32,000 nucleotides of DNA from Tannockella kyphosi (GTDB lineage: Bacteria > Bacillota_I > Bacilli_A > Erysipelotrichales > Coprobacillaceae): assembly GCF_021054785.1 (NCBI RefSeq), contig NZ_CP088239.1:840001-872000 (forward strand), given 5' to 3'. This document shows, in pieces, positions 1 to 10,565 of this stretch. Under the pieces are notes generated by a model. The model was not told where the DNA came from. It made no database searches and was given only the letters and a program-made list of their open reading frames with translations. The stretch's first letter is position 1. Each line of letters starts with the position of its first letter. The translations under genes and the position numbers were made by a program.

Positions 1-2023
1 TTTAGGATCGTTAACTTTTGAACAAGCATATGATATTTTCAAAGAGATTATTATTCATGGATCTCGTGCTGGGGCTGATTTGGTTGTTTTTGAAACAATG
101 ACGGATTTATATGAAGCAAAAGCAGCTGTGTTAGCAGCAAAAGAAAATAGTGATTTACCAATATTTGTAACGATGACTTTTGAAGAAAATGGTAGAACTT
201 TTACAGGTTGTACATTAGAAAGCATGGCAATCACTTTACAAGGACTAGGTGTCGATGCCCTTGGGATTAATTGTTCATTAGGACCAAAAGAAATTTTACC
301 TTTAATGCAACAATTATCAACTTATACCAATTTGCCTCTTATTGCTAAACCTAATGCAGGATTACCAGATCCCCAAACGGGTCTTTATGATCTTGGAGCC
401 CAGGAATTTAGTGATATAATGAAAGACTATGCTTTGGCGGGTGTTTCTATTTTAGGGGGATGCTGTGGAACAACCAAAGATTTCATTGAATTGTTAATTA
501 AAAAAATGAATGGATTATCATGCAGCCCTAGAAAGTATAATAAAATGACAAGAGTATGCTCTAGTAATGAAGTTGTTAGAGTTGATACGGTACGTGTTAT
601 TGGAGAAAGAATAAATCCTACTGGTAAAAAAAGATTTGCACAAGCTATTATTGAGCGAGATATGTCGTATATTTTAAAACAAGCATTAGAACAAGTAGAA
701 GCAGGTGCAGAAATTTTAGATGTCAATGTTGGAGTACCTCAAATAGATGAAAAACAAAGAATGGTGGAAGTTGTAAAAGCAATACAATCTATTGTGACAA
801 CACCATTACAAATTGATTCTTCTAAATTAGAAGCACTAGAAGCTGGATTACGCTTTTATAATGGAAAACCGATATTAAATTCAGTAAATGGCGAAAAAGA
901 GAAGTTAGATAAAATTTTGCCTTTAGCTAAAAAATATGGGGCATGTATTGTTGGTTTAACAATTGATGAAGATGGAATTCCTGATAATGCTAATAAAAGA
1001 TTCGAAATTGCTAAAAAGATTGTCGATAGTGCTTTAAGTTATGGTATTCCAAAAGAAGATGTTTTAATTGACTGTTTAGCTTTAACCGTTTCTGCAAAAC
1101 AAGATAGTTGTAACGAAACACTTCTTGCAATGGAACGTATTAAAAATGAAATTGGAGTTAATATGGTATTAGGAGTTTCCAATATTTCCTTTGGACTACC
1201 AAATCGTAATTTAATTAACCATAGTTTTTTAATGTTGGCAATGTCTAGAGGTCTGACATTACCAATCATTAACCCAAATAGTAGTTCGATGATGGATGCT
1301 ATCTATGCTTATCGAGTACTTTGCGGACATGATAAAGATAGTCAAAACTATATTGAACGATATAACAATGAAACTATTTCTAATAATGAGGTTCATCAAA
1401 CAGAATTAACAATTGAACAAGCTATTATGAAAGGTTTAGAATTAGAAACTGCAAAACTTACAAAAGAATTACTAAAAGAATTGGAACCAATGCATATAGT
1501 AAATCAAATATTAATACCAACATTAGACTTGGTTGGTTTAAAATATGAAAAAAATGAAATATTTTTACCACAATTAATTCGTAGTGCGAATGCTTCTTGT
1601 AGTGCTTTTGATGCAATTAAACAAGAGATTGCTTTGACATCATCGAAAAGTATTTTAAAAGGAAAAATCATTCTTGCAACAGTATATGGCGATGTCCATG
1701 ATATCGGTAAAAATATTGTAAAAGTAATATTAGAAAACTATGGCTATGATGTGATTGATTTAGGTAAATCAGTATCACCTCAAGTAATTGTAGATATGGC
1801 TATTGAACAAGATGTATCTTTAATCGGTTTATCTGCTCTTATGACCACAACAGTTGAAAGTATGAAAGAAACGATTGAATTAATTAGAAAATCAAATCAT
1901 CCATGCAAAATAATGGTTGGTGGAGCTGTATTGACACAAGAGTACGCTATGAAAATAGGTGCGGATTATTATGGTAAAGATGCCAAACAGTCAGCTGATA
2001 TTGCAAAGGAGGTATTGGGTTAA
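1..2023 (+). CDS. metH: Methionine synthase, cobalamin-dependent, short form (5' end lies outside the window)
   Basis: The frame is open from nt 2, so the TTG at 80 in the ORF track is internal. The translation shows the end of the Hcy-binding barrel (ILGGCCGTT), a pterin-binding domain, then the B12 cap and B12-binding domain with DVHDIGKNIV (DxHxxG). The protein stops right after the B12 domain, with no AdoMet reactivation domain. Confidence 0.9.
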   Translation, partial: LGSLTFEQAYDIFKEIIIHGSRAGADLVVFETMTDLYEAKAAVLAAKENSDLPIFVTMTFEENGRTFTGCTLESMAITLQGLGVDALGINCSLGPKEILPLMQQLSTYTNLPLIAKPNAGLPDPQTGLYDLGAQEFSDIMKDYALAGVSILGGCCGTTKDFIELLIKKMNGLSCSPRKYNKMTRVCSSNEVVRVDTVRVIGERINPTGKKRFAQAIIERDMSYILKQALEQVEAGAEILDVNVGVPQIDEKQRMVEVVKAIQSIVTTPLQIDSSKLEALEAGLRFYNGKPILNSVNGEKEKLDKILPLAKKYGACIVGLTIDEDGIPDNANKRFEIAKKIVDSALSYGIPKEDVLIDCLALTVSAKQDSCNETLLAMERIKNEIGVNMVLGVSNISFGLPNRNLINHSFLMLAMSRGLTLPIINPNSSSMMDAIYAYRVLCGHDKDSQNYIERYNNETISNNEVHQTELTIEQAIMKGLELETAKLTKELLKELEPMHIVNQILIPTLDLVGLKYEKNEIFLPQLIRSANASCSAFDAIKQEIALTSSKSILKGKIILATVYGDVHDIGKNIVKVILENYGYDVIDLGKSVSPQVIVDMAIEQDVSLIGLSALMTTTVESMKETIELIRKSNHPCKIMVGGAVLTQEYAMKIGADYYGKDAKQSADIAKEVLG

Positions 2024-3777
2024 TGGCAATCAAAGAATTTATTCAAGAAAATGTTTTACTGTTTGATGGGGCGATGGGAACTTATTTTTCTAGTGTTTTC
2101 CATGATCCTACTTATCGTTGTGAATATGCAAATATCACATCACCTTTGAGTGTCGAGGAAATTCATCGACGTTATTTACAAGCAGGTGCAAAAGCGATTA
2201 AAACAAATACTTTTCTTGCTAATGACAAACAAATTGATAGTTTATTTCCATATCAAGATATTATTCAGGCAGGATATCAATTAGCAATAAATGCTTCCAA
2301 AGATAGGGATGCTTATGTTTTTTGTGATATTGGACCAATTCATGGATTAGAAAAAGAAGACTATTTTAAAGAATATAAAAAAGTAGTAGATGTTTTTCTT
2401 TCTTTAGGAGCATCTTATTTCTTATTTGAAACAATGAGTGAATTTGATCCTATAAAAGAAGTAATCCAATATATTAAAGAAAATAATAAGGATGCTTATG
2501 TTATTGTTTCTTTTGCTGTGAGTGCTCAAGGATATACTAATTCAGGGTTAATAGGTGAAAAGTTATTGTTGGAAACAAAGGGAAATAAAGATGTTGATGC
2601 AGTTGGATTGAATTGTATTTGTGGACCTTATGACTTATATAACTATATTCAAACAATTTCTGTAGTACCCGATTTAATAATGCCCAATGCTGGTTATCCT
2701 ACCATCATAGGGGAAAGAACACATTATCAAAACAACTCTTCTTATTTTGCTTTGCAAATGATAAATATTGTTTCAAAAGGAGTAAAGATGATAGGTGGTT
2801 GTTGTGGAACAACACCAGAATTTATTAAAGATATGGAAGTGCTGTTAGAATCTAGTAATCAACTAAAAGTTATTACTAGTAATACAACACTTAAAAAAAG
2901 AACTGGTTTAATCAAAAACAGTCCTTTTTATGAAGCTATAAAAAATGGTCATCAACCAATAGCAGTTGAATTAGATCCACCTAAAGATGATGATATTTTT
3001 GAATTTATGAATCGTGCAAAACAACTAAAACAAGCAGGTGTTGATTTAGTAACAATTGCCGATAATCCAGTTGCTCGAGTTCGTATGGATAGTAGTTTAG
3101 TAGCTTGTAAGCTAAAGCGTGAGTTAGGTTTAGAGGTGATGCCTCATCTAACATGTCGTGATCGTAATGTAAATGCTACAAAATCATTGTTACTTGGTTT
3201 AAGTGTAGAAGAAATAAAAGATATTCTTATTGTTACGGGAGATCCTATTCCTAGTGAACAAAGAAATGAAGTAAAAGCTGTCTATGAATTTAATTCTAGA
3301 ATGCTAATGAATCATATTAATAATTTAAATACGTCGATGTTTCAATCCCCTTTTTATATATATGGAGCATTAAATATTAATGCTAAAAACTTTGATATTC
3401 AATTAAGACTTGCAAATGATAAAATTAAAAATGGAGCAATTGCTTTATTTAGTCAACCTGTTTATAACCAACAAGCACTTGATAATTTAAAAAGAGCAAA
3501 AAAAGAACTTTCTGTACCTATTATTGGTGGAATTATGCCAATTGTTAGTTATCGTAATGCTTGTTTTATGAATAATGAAATACCCGGTATATCTATTGGT
3601 GAAGAAATAGTCGAACAATTCTATAATAAATCAAAAGAAGAATGTTATCATTTAGCTATTCAATTATCTATGGATATGATTGATAAAATGAAAGATGTCG
3701 TAGATGGATATTATTTAATTTCCCCCTTTAATCGAGTAGATTTGATAAAAGAAATAATGGAATATATTAAACAATAA
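2023..3777 (+). CDS. Bifunctional homocysteine S-methyltransferase / 5,10-methylenetetrahydrofolate reductase (YitJ-like)
   Basis: The N-terminal Hcy-binding domain (LLFDGAMGT, MIGGCCGTTPEFI) is fused to a C-terminal MetF/MTHFR-like half (PHLTCRD, VTGDP). The ATG overlaps the metH stop (TAATG), suggesting translational coupling. Confidence 0.85.
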   Translation: MAIKEFIQENVLLFDGAMGTYFSSVFHDPTYRCEYANITSPLSVEEIHRRYLQAGAKAIKTNTFLANDKQIDSLFPYQDIIQAGYQLAINASKDRDAYVFCDIGPIHGLEKEDYFKEYKKVVDVFLSLGASYFLFETMSEFDPIKEVIQYIKENNKDAYVIVSFAVSAQGYTNSGLIGEKLLLETKGNKDVDAVGLNCICGPYDLYNYIQTISVVPDLIMPNAGYPTIIGERTHYQNNSSYFALQMINIVSKGVKMIGGCCGTTPEFIKDMEVLLESSNQLKVITSNTTLKKRTGLIKNSPFYEAIKNGHQPIAVELDPPKDDDIFEFMNRAKQLKQAGVDLVTIADNPVARVRMDSSLVACKLKRELGLEVMPHLTCRDRNVNATKSLLLGLSVEEIKDILIVTGDPIPSEQRNEVKAVYEFNSRMLMNHINNLNTSMFQSPFYIYGALNINAKNFDIQLRLANDKIKNGAIALFSQPVYNQQALDNLKRAKKELSVPIIGGIMPIVSYRNACFMNNEIPGISIGEEIVEQFYNKSKEECYHLAIQLSMDMIDKMKDVVDGYYLISPFNRVDLIKEIMEYIKQ

Positions 3778-3780
3778 GTA

Positions 3781-3806
3781 AAAAAGAAACTATGTTTCTT
3801 TTTTTA
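3781..3806 (+). terminator. Intrinsic terminator after the metH/MTHFR pair
   Basis: AAAAAGAAAC-TAT-GTTTCTTTTT hairpin followed by a T-run, 4 nt after the stop codon. Confidence 0.8.
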
Positions 3807-3903
3807 TACAAAATATAACAAAATAGGTGATTCTAAATAACAAGGATAGTCTATCAATTTTATTTTATCTTTGTTATAATTGAGGATATAGGAGGTATTT
3901 ATA

Positions 3904-4242
3904 ATGAATGTATATAACAAACAAGATCTTCAAAATATTAAAGTGGAAGGGAAATACTATTTGCCAGAAAATGTATTTGGGGGACATCGATATCCAACTG
4001 TACGTGTAGAAGTAAAATTAGCGTATGGGGCTTTATTAAATGTTTTATTAACACAACCAAATTATTCACAAAATGGGGATGCTTATGTTATGATGGATAA
4101 TCCAGTAGTGGCTGCAACCTTAGCAGTATTAGCGAATAAAGCAGTAGATATTGAAAAGATGAAAGGTTATTATAAAGAATTAGAAGAGTTAAAGTTTATT
4201 AGTATTGAAAAATTAAATATCTATTTAAATAAGGAAATATAA
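3904..4242 (+). CDS. Small RepA_N-like (replication initiator A N-terminal / winged-helix-like) protein
   Basis: GGAGG RBS lies 7 nt upstream. The pattern YYLPENVF..Y....VKLAYGALLNVL....GDAYVMM......YYKELEELKFI resembles the FYxLPxxLF..Y..LS..AKLLYxLLLDR...G..YI....KELEE.GLI signature of RepA_N domains (recalled by eye). The stop overlaps the next start (TAATG). Confidence 0.5.
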   Translation: MNVYNKQDLQNIKVEGKYYLPENVFGGHRYPTVRVEVKLAYGALLNVLLTQPNYSQNGDAYVMMDNPVVAATLAVLANKAVDIEKMKGYYKELEELKFISIEKLNIYLNKEI

Positions 4243-5408
4243 TGTTTTCATTGATAGCCAAATTAACAATTACTGATTATTTAAATTATAAGGATCCTAA
4301 GGTAAGAGAGTCTTATGGGGTTCTTTCCAGTGTTGTTTGTATTTTTTGTAATATTTTATTAGGTTCTTTTAAAGTATTATTTGGAGTATTTACTAGTAGT
4401 ATTGCAATACAAACAGATGGATTAAATAATTTTAGTGATGTTGCTAGTAATTTAGCTAGTTTAGTAGCTTTTAAGACTAGTTCTAAACATCCAGATAATG
4501 ATCATCCTTATGGTCATGGTAGAATAGAATATGTGGTTGGTTTATGTATTTCTTTAACAATTATTATTGTTGGTTTCTTTGCTTTTAAAGAATCGATTGA
4601 AAAAATTATAAATCCACAAACATTATATTTTAGTGAAGCAGCTTGTGTTGCTTTAATTATATCGATTATTGTCAAGTTATGGATGAGTTATTTTAATCAA
4701 GATGTTGCTAAAAAAATTGATTCAGGAACTTTAATGGCAGTTTCAAAAGATAGTTTGAATGATGTTTTTTCTACTTGTGCTGCACTATTATCGTTAATTA
4801 TTAGTTTATTTACTGATTTACCAATAGATGGTTGTTTAGGTGTATTAGTTTCTTGTGTTGTTTTAAAAGCAGGATTTGAGTCATTTCAAGATACATTAGA
4901 TCCATTGTTGGGTAAAGCACCTGATCAAGCATTTGTTAGAGAAGTGGAAGAATATATTATGTCTTTTGAACAAGCAAAAGGTATTCATGATTTAATGCTT
5001 CATGATTATGGTCCTGGTAGTCGTTATTTAACATTACATGTAGAAGTTGATGCAACGAGTGATATTATGGAAGCACATGAAGCAATTGATCAAATAGAAA
5101 GAAATATTTTAGAGAAATATCATATTTTAACTACCATTCATATGGATCCAATTGATTTTCAAGATGAAAATTTGTCACTTATGAGGGAGATAGTTTTATC
5201 GATAGTACAAAAATTAAATCCAAGTTATACAATTCATGATTTTAGAATGGTTTCAGGGCCAAATCATACGAACCTTATTTTTGATGTTTTAATACCAGCA
5301 TCGGATGATATTAATCATGTATTGTTAAAACAACAGATCACGACAAAACTGCATGAATCAGGATATGCATATTATACGGTTATACAAGTTGACCATAGTT
5401 TTTTTTAA
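4242..5408 (+). CDS. Cation diffusion facilitator (CDF) family metal efflux transporter with an extended C-terminus
   Basis: Six predicted TM segments with an HPYGHGRIEY motif. It has a cytoplasmic CTD (IHDLMLHDYGPGSRYLTLHVEV) followed by a second CTD-like repeat (IHDFRMVSGPNHTNLIFDV). Confidence 0.85.
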   Translation: MFSLIAKLTITDYLNYKDPKVRESYGVLSSVVCIFCNILLGSFKVLFGVFTSSIAIQTDGLNNFSDVASNLASLVAFKTSSKHPDNDHPYGHGRIEYVVGLCISLTIIIVGFFAFKESIEKIINPQTLYFSEAACVALIISIIVKLWMSYFNQDVAKKIDSGTLMAVSKDSLNDVFSTCAALLSLIISLFTDLPIDGCLGVLVSCVVLKAGFESFQDTLDPLLGKAPDQAFVREVEEYIMSFEQAKGIHDLMLHDYGPGSRYLTLHVEVDATSDIMEAHEAIDQIERNILEKYHILTTIHMDPIDFQDENLSLMREIVLSIVQKLNPSYTIHDFRMVSGPNHTNLIFDVLIPASDDINHVLLKQQITTKLHESGYAYYTVIQVDHSFF

Positions 5409-5420
5409 GGGAGAACAGGA

Positions 5421-6062
5421 ATGAAAACAATATTTAAATTTACAATTAGTTTTATGTTAGCGTTAACGCTTGTTGGTTGTAGTCAAGGCGAAGAAGAGGA
5501 AGATGGAACAATGATTCCTTTAGAAGAAAGTGAACAAACTGAGATTAATTATGATGATTATTTAAGTGGTGATTATTATATTGAAATTGAGGTTGAAGGA
5601 TATGGAGTTATTGAAGCTACTTTATATGCGGATATTGCACCAATTACGGTTACTAATTTTATTGAATTAATAGAAGAAGGCTTTTATGATGGATTAACTT
5701 TTCATCGTATTATTGATGGATTTATGATTCAAGGAGGCGATCCTTTGGGGAATGGTACAGGTGGTAGTGATAATACAATTATTGGAGAATTCTCTAGTAA
5801 TGGTTATGTAAATGACTTAAGCCATACTCGTGGTGTTCTTTCCATGGCTAGATCATCTGCCTACGATAGTGCAAGTAGTCAATTCTTTATTATGCACAGT
5901 GATTCAACGTACTTAGATGGTTCATATGCAGCATTTGGTCTAGTAACAAGTGGGATGGATGTAGTTGATGCAATTGTAGAAGATGCGATTGTAGAAGATA
6001 GCAATGGTACAGTAAGTAGTGAAAATCAACCTGTTATTACAAGTATTATCGTAGTAGAATAA
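5421..6062 (+). CDS. Cyclophilin-type peptidyl-prolyl cis-trans isomerase, lipoprotein
   Basis: Signal peptide with a lipobox (LTLVGC). Cyclophilin core FHRIIDGFMIQGGDP...SMAR...SQFFI. Confidence 0.9.
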   Translation: MKTIFKFTISFMLALTLVGCSQGEEEEDGTMIPLEESEQTEINYDDYLSGDYYIEIEVEGYGVIEATLYADIAPITVTNFIELIEEGFYDGLTFHRIIDGFMIQGGDPLGNGTGGSDNTIIGEFSSNGYVNDLSHTRGVLSMARSSAYDSASSQFFIMHSDSTYLDGSYAAFGLVTSGMDVVDAIVEDAIVEDSNGTVSSENQPVITSIIVVE

Positions 6063-6070
6063 TTTATTAT

Positions 6071-6097
6071 AAAGAGCAGAAATGCTCTTTTCATTTT
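6071..6097 (+). terminator. Intrinsic terminator
   Basis: AAAGAGCA-GAAA-TGCTCTTT hairpin followed by TCATTTT. Confidence 0.75.
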
Positions 6098-6121
6098 AAG
6101 AAAACCATCTTATTATAATAA

Positions 6122-6130
6122 TGTTATAAT
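6122..6130 (+). promoter_or_regulatory. Extended -10 element (TGTTATAAT) upstream of the GH1 gene
   Basis: TGnTATAAT match about 27 nt upstream of the AAGGAGG RBS. Confidence 0.5.
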
Positions 6131-6156
6131 GAAACAGAAATAAAGGAGGAAGTTAA

Positions 6157-7580
<1,424 letters not shown>

Positions 7581-7581
<1 letters not shown>

Positions 7582-7607
7582 ATATAAGCATGCTTATATC
7601 TTTTTTT
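7581..7607 (+). terminator. Intrinsic terminator
   Basis: Perfect GATATAAGCA/TGCTTATATC hairpin followed by T7. Confidence 0.85.
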
Positions 7608-7646
7608 AATATAATCTATTTAAAATTTGGTAGATATATTGATTAA

Positions 7647-7755
7647 AACAAACATAAACAAACAAATATATTAAATTATAAACAAATTAGCTTTACAAAT
7701 GTTCGTTTATTTGTTATAGTGTGTTCAGGAGGAAGGGTAACAAACAAAAACAAAC
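7647..7755. promoter_or_regulatory. Two pairs of AACAAAC direct repeats flanking the deoC-like promoter (candidate DeoR-family operators)
   Basis: AACAAAC occurs at 7647, 7657, 7739 and 7749, with 10-bp phasing inside each pair. Related AACAAAT sits at 7661 and 7681, and its inverted form ATTTGTT at 7709. Confidence 0.4.
7692..7720 (+). promoter_or_regulatory. Sigma-A-type promoter for the deoC-like gene
   Basis: TTTACA, a 17-nt spacer, then TATAGT. Confidence 0.55.
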
Positions 7756-7779
7756 ATATTCGTTATCCAAGAAAACATA

Positions 7780-8514
7780 ATGAAACCAACCAAATCAGCA
7801 GCAAAAATGAGTGTGAAAGAATTAGCAACTTATATTGATTATTCAGTATTAAAACCAGAATTTACGGAAGAAGAAATTGTTGCCTTAACAAAAGATGGAG
7901 TGAAATTAGGATGTTCTACTATTTGTATTAATCCTTTATATATGGAACTATGTCAACCATATGTATTAGGAAGTGATACAATGTTATGTCCTGTTTGTGA
8001 TTTCCCTTTTGGAACTAGTTCAACAGCTTCAAAAGTAGCACAAATTGAAATGGTAGCAAAATATGATACAGTAAGAGAAGTAGATATCGTAGCAAACTAT
8101 GGTCATATTCGTGCAGGACAATATGATAAAGTGGTTGCTGATTTAAAAGCTTGTGTAGAAGCATGCCATAAATATAATCGTGAAATTAAAGTTATTTTTG
8201 AAACAGATGCATTAAATCAAGAACAAATCAAACAAACATGTAAATGTTGTGTAGAAGCTGGTGTTGATTTTGTAAAAACTAGTACTGGATTCTTAACTGG
8301 ATTTGAAGCACATGGAGCAGCCGTTGAGACAATTCAATTAATGATGGATGAAGTAGATGGTAAATGTAAAGTAAAAGGTAGTGGATGTATTCGTACTAGA
8401 GAACACTTTTTACAATTAATTGATATGGGTATTGATCGTATGGGAGTAGGATATAAATCAGTACCGGTAGTACTTGGTTTAGACGAAAATGGAGTTAGTA
8501 GCGATAATTATTAA
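7780..8514 (+). CDS. deoC: Deoxyribose-phosphate aldolase family (class I, DeoC-like) aldolase
   Basis: YIDYSVLKP, EVDIV, Schiff-base lysine context FVKTSTGF, and VKGSGCIR. Neither the ATG at 7780 nor the alternative ATG at 7807 (MSVKELATYID) has a good SD, so the start is uncertain. Confidence 0.8.
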   Translation: MKPTKSAAKMSVKELATYIDYSVLKPEFTEEEIVALTKDGVKLGCSTICINPLYMELCQPYVLGSDTMLCPVCDFPFGTSSTASKVAQIEMVAKYDTVREVDIVANYGHIRAGQYDKVVADLKACVEACHKYNREIKVIFETDALNQEQIKQTCKCCVEAGVDFVKTSTGFLTGFEAHGAAVETIQLMMDEVDGKCKVKGSGCIRTREHFLQLIDMGIDRMGVGYKSVPVVLGLDENGVSSDNY

Positions 8515-8520
8515 ATATTA

Positions 8521-8552
8521 AAAGAGTTTCAGCAATGAAACTCTTTCTTTTC
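8521..8552 (+). terminator. Intrinsic terminator between the aldolase and DeoR genes
   Basis: AAAGAGTTTC-AGCAAT-GAAACTCTTT hairpin followed by CTTTTC. Confidence 0.7.
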
Positions 8553-8589
8553 ATAGAAAAGGTAGATATAATATAGCAGAGGTGAGAAG

Positions 8590-9354
8590 ATGTTAGCAAG
8601 TCAAAGGTTTGAAAATATTATTGCAATAACAAATGAAAGAGGCTTTGTTTCAACAAAAGAGTTATCTAATTTATTAGCTGTTACGGAAACAACGATTAGA
8701 AGAGACTGTGAAGAATTAGAACAACAAGGATTTTTATTAAGAGTTCATGGTGGTGCTAAGAGCATGAAACAAAAAAGAATTATTTCTTATAATGATGAAA
8801 CTACAATGAATGAAAGATTTGATTTAAATGGTTTTGAAAAAGAAATAATTTGTAAAAAAGCAGCTTCTTTTGTTAAAGATGGTGATTGTATCTTTTTAGA
8901 TGGAGGTACTACAGTTGTTAGTATGTTAAAATATTTAAGAGGTAAAAAAATAAAAATAGTAACACATAGTACACTTATTGCGAATGCTTTTGAGGATGAA
9001 GATGCAGAGTTGTTTATGGTTGGTGGTAAGTATATTATTAAGTATAATATGTCTATTGGACCAATTACTTTATCTACATTAGAAAGATTTAATTTTGATC
9101 ATGTATTTTTAAGTTGTTCAGGTATTGATATTGAAAAACAGATGATTTATACTACGGAAATGGATACGATGGCAGTAAAGCAAAAAGCTTTTGATTTAGG
9201 TATTCATAAATATATGTTAGTTGATAATTCTAAGTTTCAAGTAAAGGGTTTTTGTAATTTTATTAGTAGTAGTCAGTTTGATGGAATTATTTCAAATCAA
9301 TCGGATGTATATTTAGAAGATGAATTACCGGATAATTTTATTCTAGTAAAATAA
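8590..9354 (+). CDS. DeoR/GlpR family transcriptional regulator
   Basis: N-terminal HTH (VSTKELSNLLAVTETTIRRDCEELEQQG) plus a C-terminal DeoR sugar-phosphate-binding domain (IFLDGGTT, FLSCSGID). Confidence 0.9.
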   Translation: MLASQRFENIIAITNERGFVSTKELSNLLAVTETTIRRDCEELEQQGFLLRVHGGAKSMKQKRIISYNDETTMNERFDLNGFEKEIICKKAASFVKDGDCIFLDGGTTVVSMLKYLRGKKIKIVTHSTLIANAFEDEDAELFMVGGKYIIKYNMSIGPITLSTLERFNFDHVFLSCSGIDIEKQMIYTTEMDTMAVKQKAFDLGIHKYMLVDNSKFQVKGFCNFISSSQFDGIISNQSDVYLEDELPDNFILVK

Positions 9355-9365
9355 AGGGGAATGTT

Positions 9366-10565
9366 ATGAATAATAGAAGATGTATTATTGGACAGTCTGG
9401 AGGTCCTACTGTTGCTATTAATGCAACACTTGCAGGTATTATTGAAAGAGCAAATCAATGTCATTTTGATAAAATATATGGAATGATTAATGGTATTGAA
9501 GGACTTTTAAATGAAAATATTATTGAATTAAGTCGTTTTGAACAACCATATGAATTATATAAATTAATTCATACACCAGCTATGTATTTAGGATCTTGTC
9601 GTTTTAAATTAAAAAATGATGGTCAACAGTACATTCAAAAAATATTTGATATTTTACAAGCAAAAGAAATTACTGATTTCTTTTATATTGGTGGTAATGA
9701 TTCCATGGATACAATAAAACAACTAAGCACCTATGCCAAAGAAATAAATTCTCCAATTCATTTCATTGGTTTACCAAAAACAATTGATAATGACTTAGTT
9801 AATACAATGTATACTCCTGGATATCCTTCAGCATGTCATTATGTAGCAACTACCTTGTCACAAATAGCATTAGATAATCAAATATATCCAATGAAATCAA
9901 TTACAATCGTTGAAATTATGGGCCGTGATGCAGGTTGGTTAACTGCTTCAGCACAAATAGTAAATGAAGTATATAGTGGAATGATTGATTTTATTTATAT
10001 GCCTGAAGTACCATTCCATACAGATGACTGTGTAAAAGCAATTCAAAAACGACTTAAAATTAAAAATCACTTAATTATTGCCATTAGTGAAGGAGTACGT
10101 GATGAATTTGGTGAATGTATTGAAACAGATAAAAGTATTCAAGTGGATGCTTTTGGTCATCGTATTAATGCTGGTAGTGCAAGTTATTTAAAAAGACAAA
10201 TTGATTCTAAGGTAGAATGTAAAGTAAGAGCTATTCAATTAAGTACGTTACAAAGATGTAGTGCTTCTCTAGCTAGTGAATTAGATTTAGATAATGCTGT
10301 AGCATTAGGATATCATGGCGTTAATATAGCACTAGAAAATAAAACAGGAGTGATGGTAAACATTAACTATCAAGATAAAAAATTTATAACGGGAGATGTA
10401 GATATTCATTTAGTAGCGAATCTAGTGAAACCATTTCCACAAGAATGGATTGATAAGGAAAATGCATTAATTAAAAAAGAGTTTATTGATTATGTAGCTC
10501 CATTAATATATAAATCAGGAAATATTGAGTTAATGCAATATAGTTTGTTGCATGCAATACGATAA
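9366..10565 (+). CDS. Phosphofructokinase-family (PfkA-type) sugar-phosphate kinase with PPi-type signature residues
   Basis: GQSGGPTVAINA, IGGNDSMDT, GLPKTIDNDL and MGRDAGWL motifs. The Asp in place of the GGDG glycine, and the Lys in PKTIDND, are the positions reported to distinguish PPi- from ATP-dependent PFKs. Confidence 0.8.
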   Translation: MNNRRCIIGQSGGPTVAINATLAGIIERANQCHFDKIYGMINGIEGLLNENIIELSRFEQPYELYKLIHTPAMYLGSCRFKLKNDGQQYIQKIFDILQAKEITDFFYIGGNDSMDTIKQLSTYAKEINSPIHFIGLPKTIDNDLVNTMYTPGYPSACHYVATTLSQIALDNQIYPMKSITIVEIMGRDAGWLTASAQIVNEVYSGMIDFIYMPEVPFHTDDCVKAIQKRLKIKNHLIIAISEGVRDEFGECIETDKSIQVDAFGHRINAGSASYLKRQIDSKVECKVRAIQLSTLQRCSASLASELDLDNAVALGYHGVNIALENKTGVMVNINYQDKKFITGDVDIHLVANLVKPFPQEWIDKENALIKKEFIDYVAPLIYKSGNIELMQYSLLHAIR

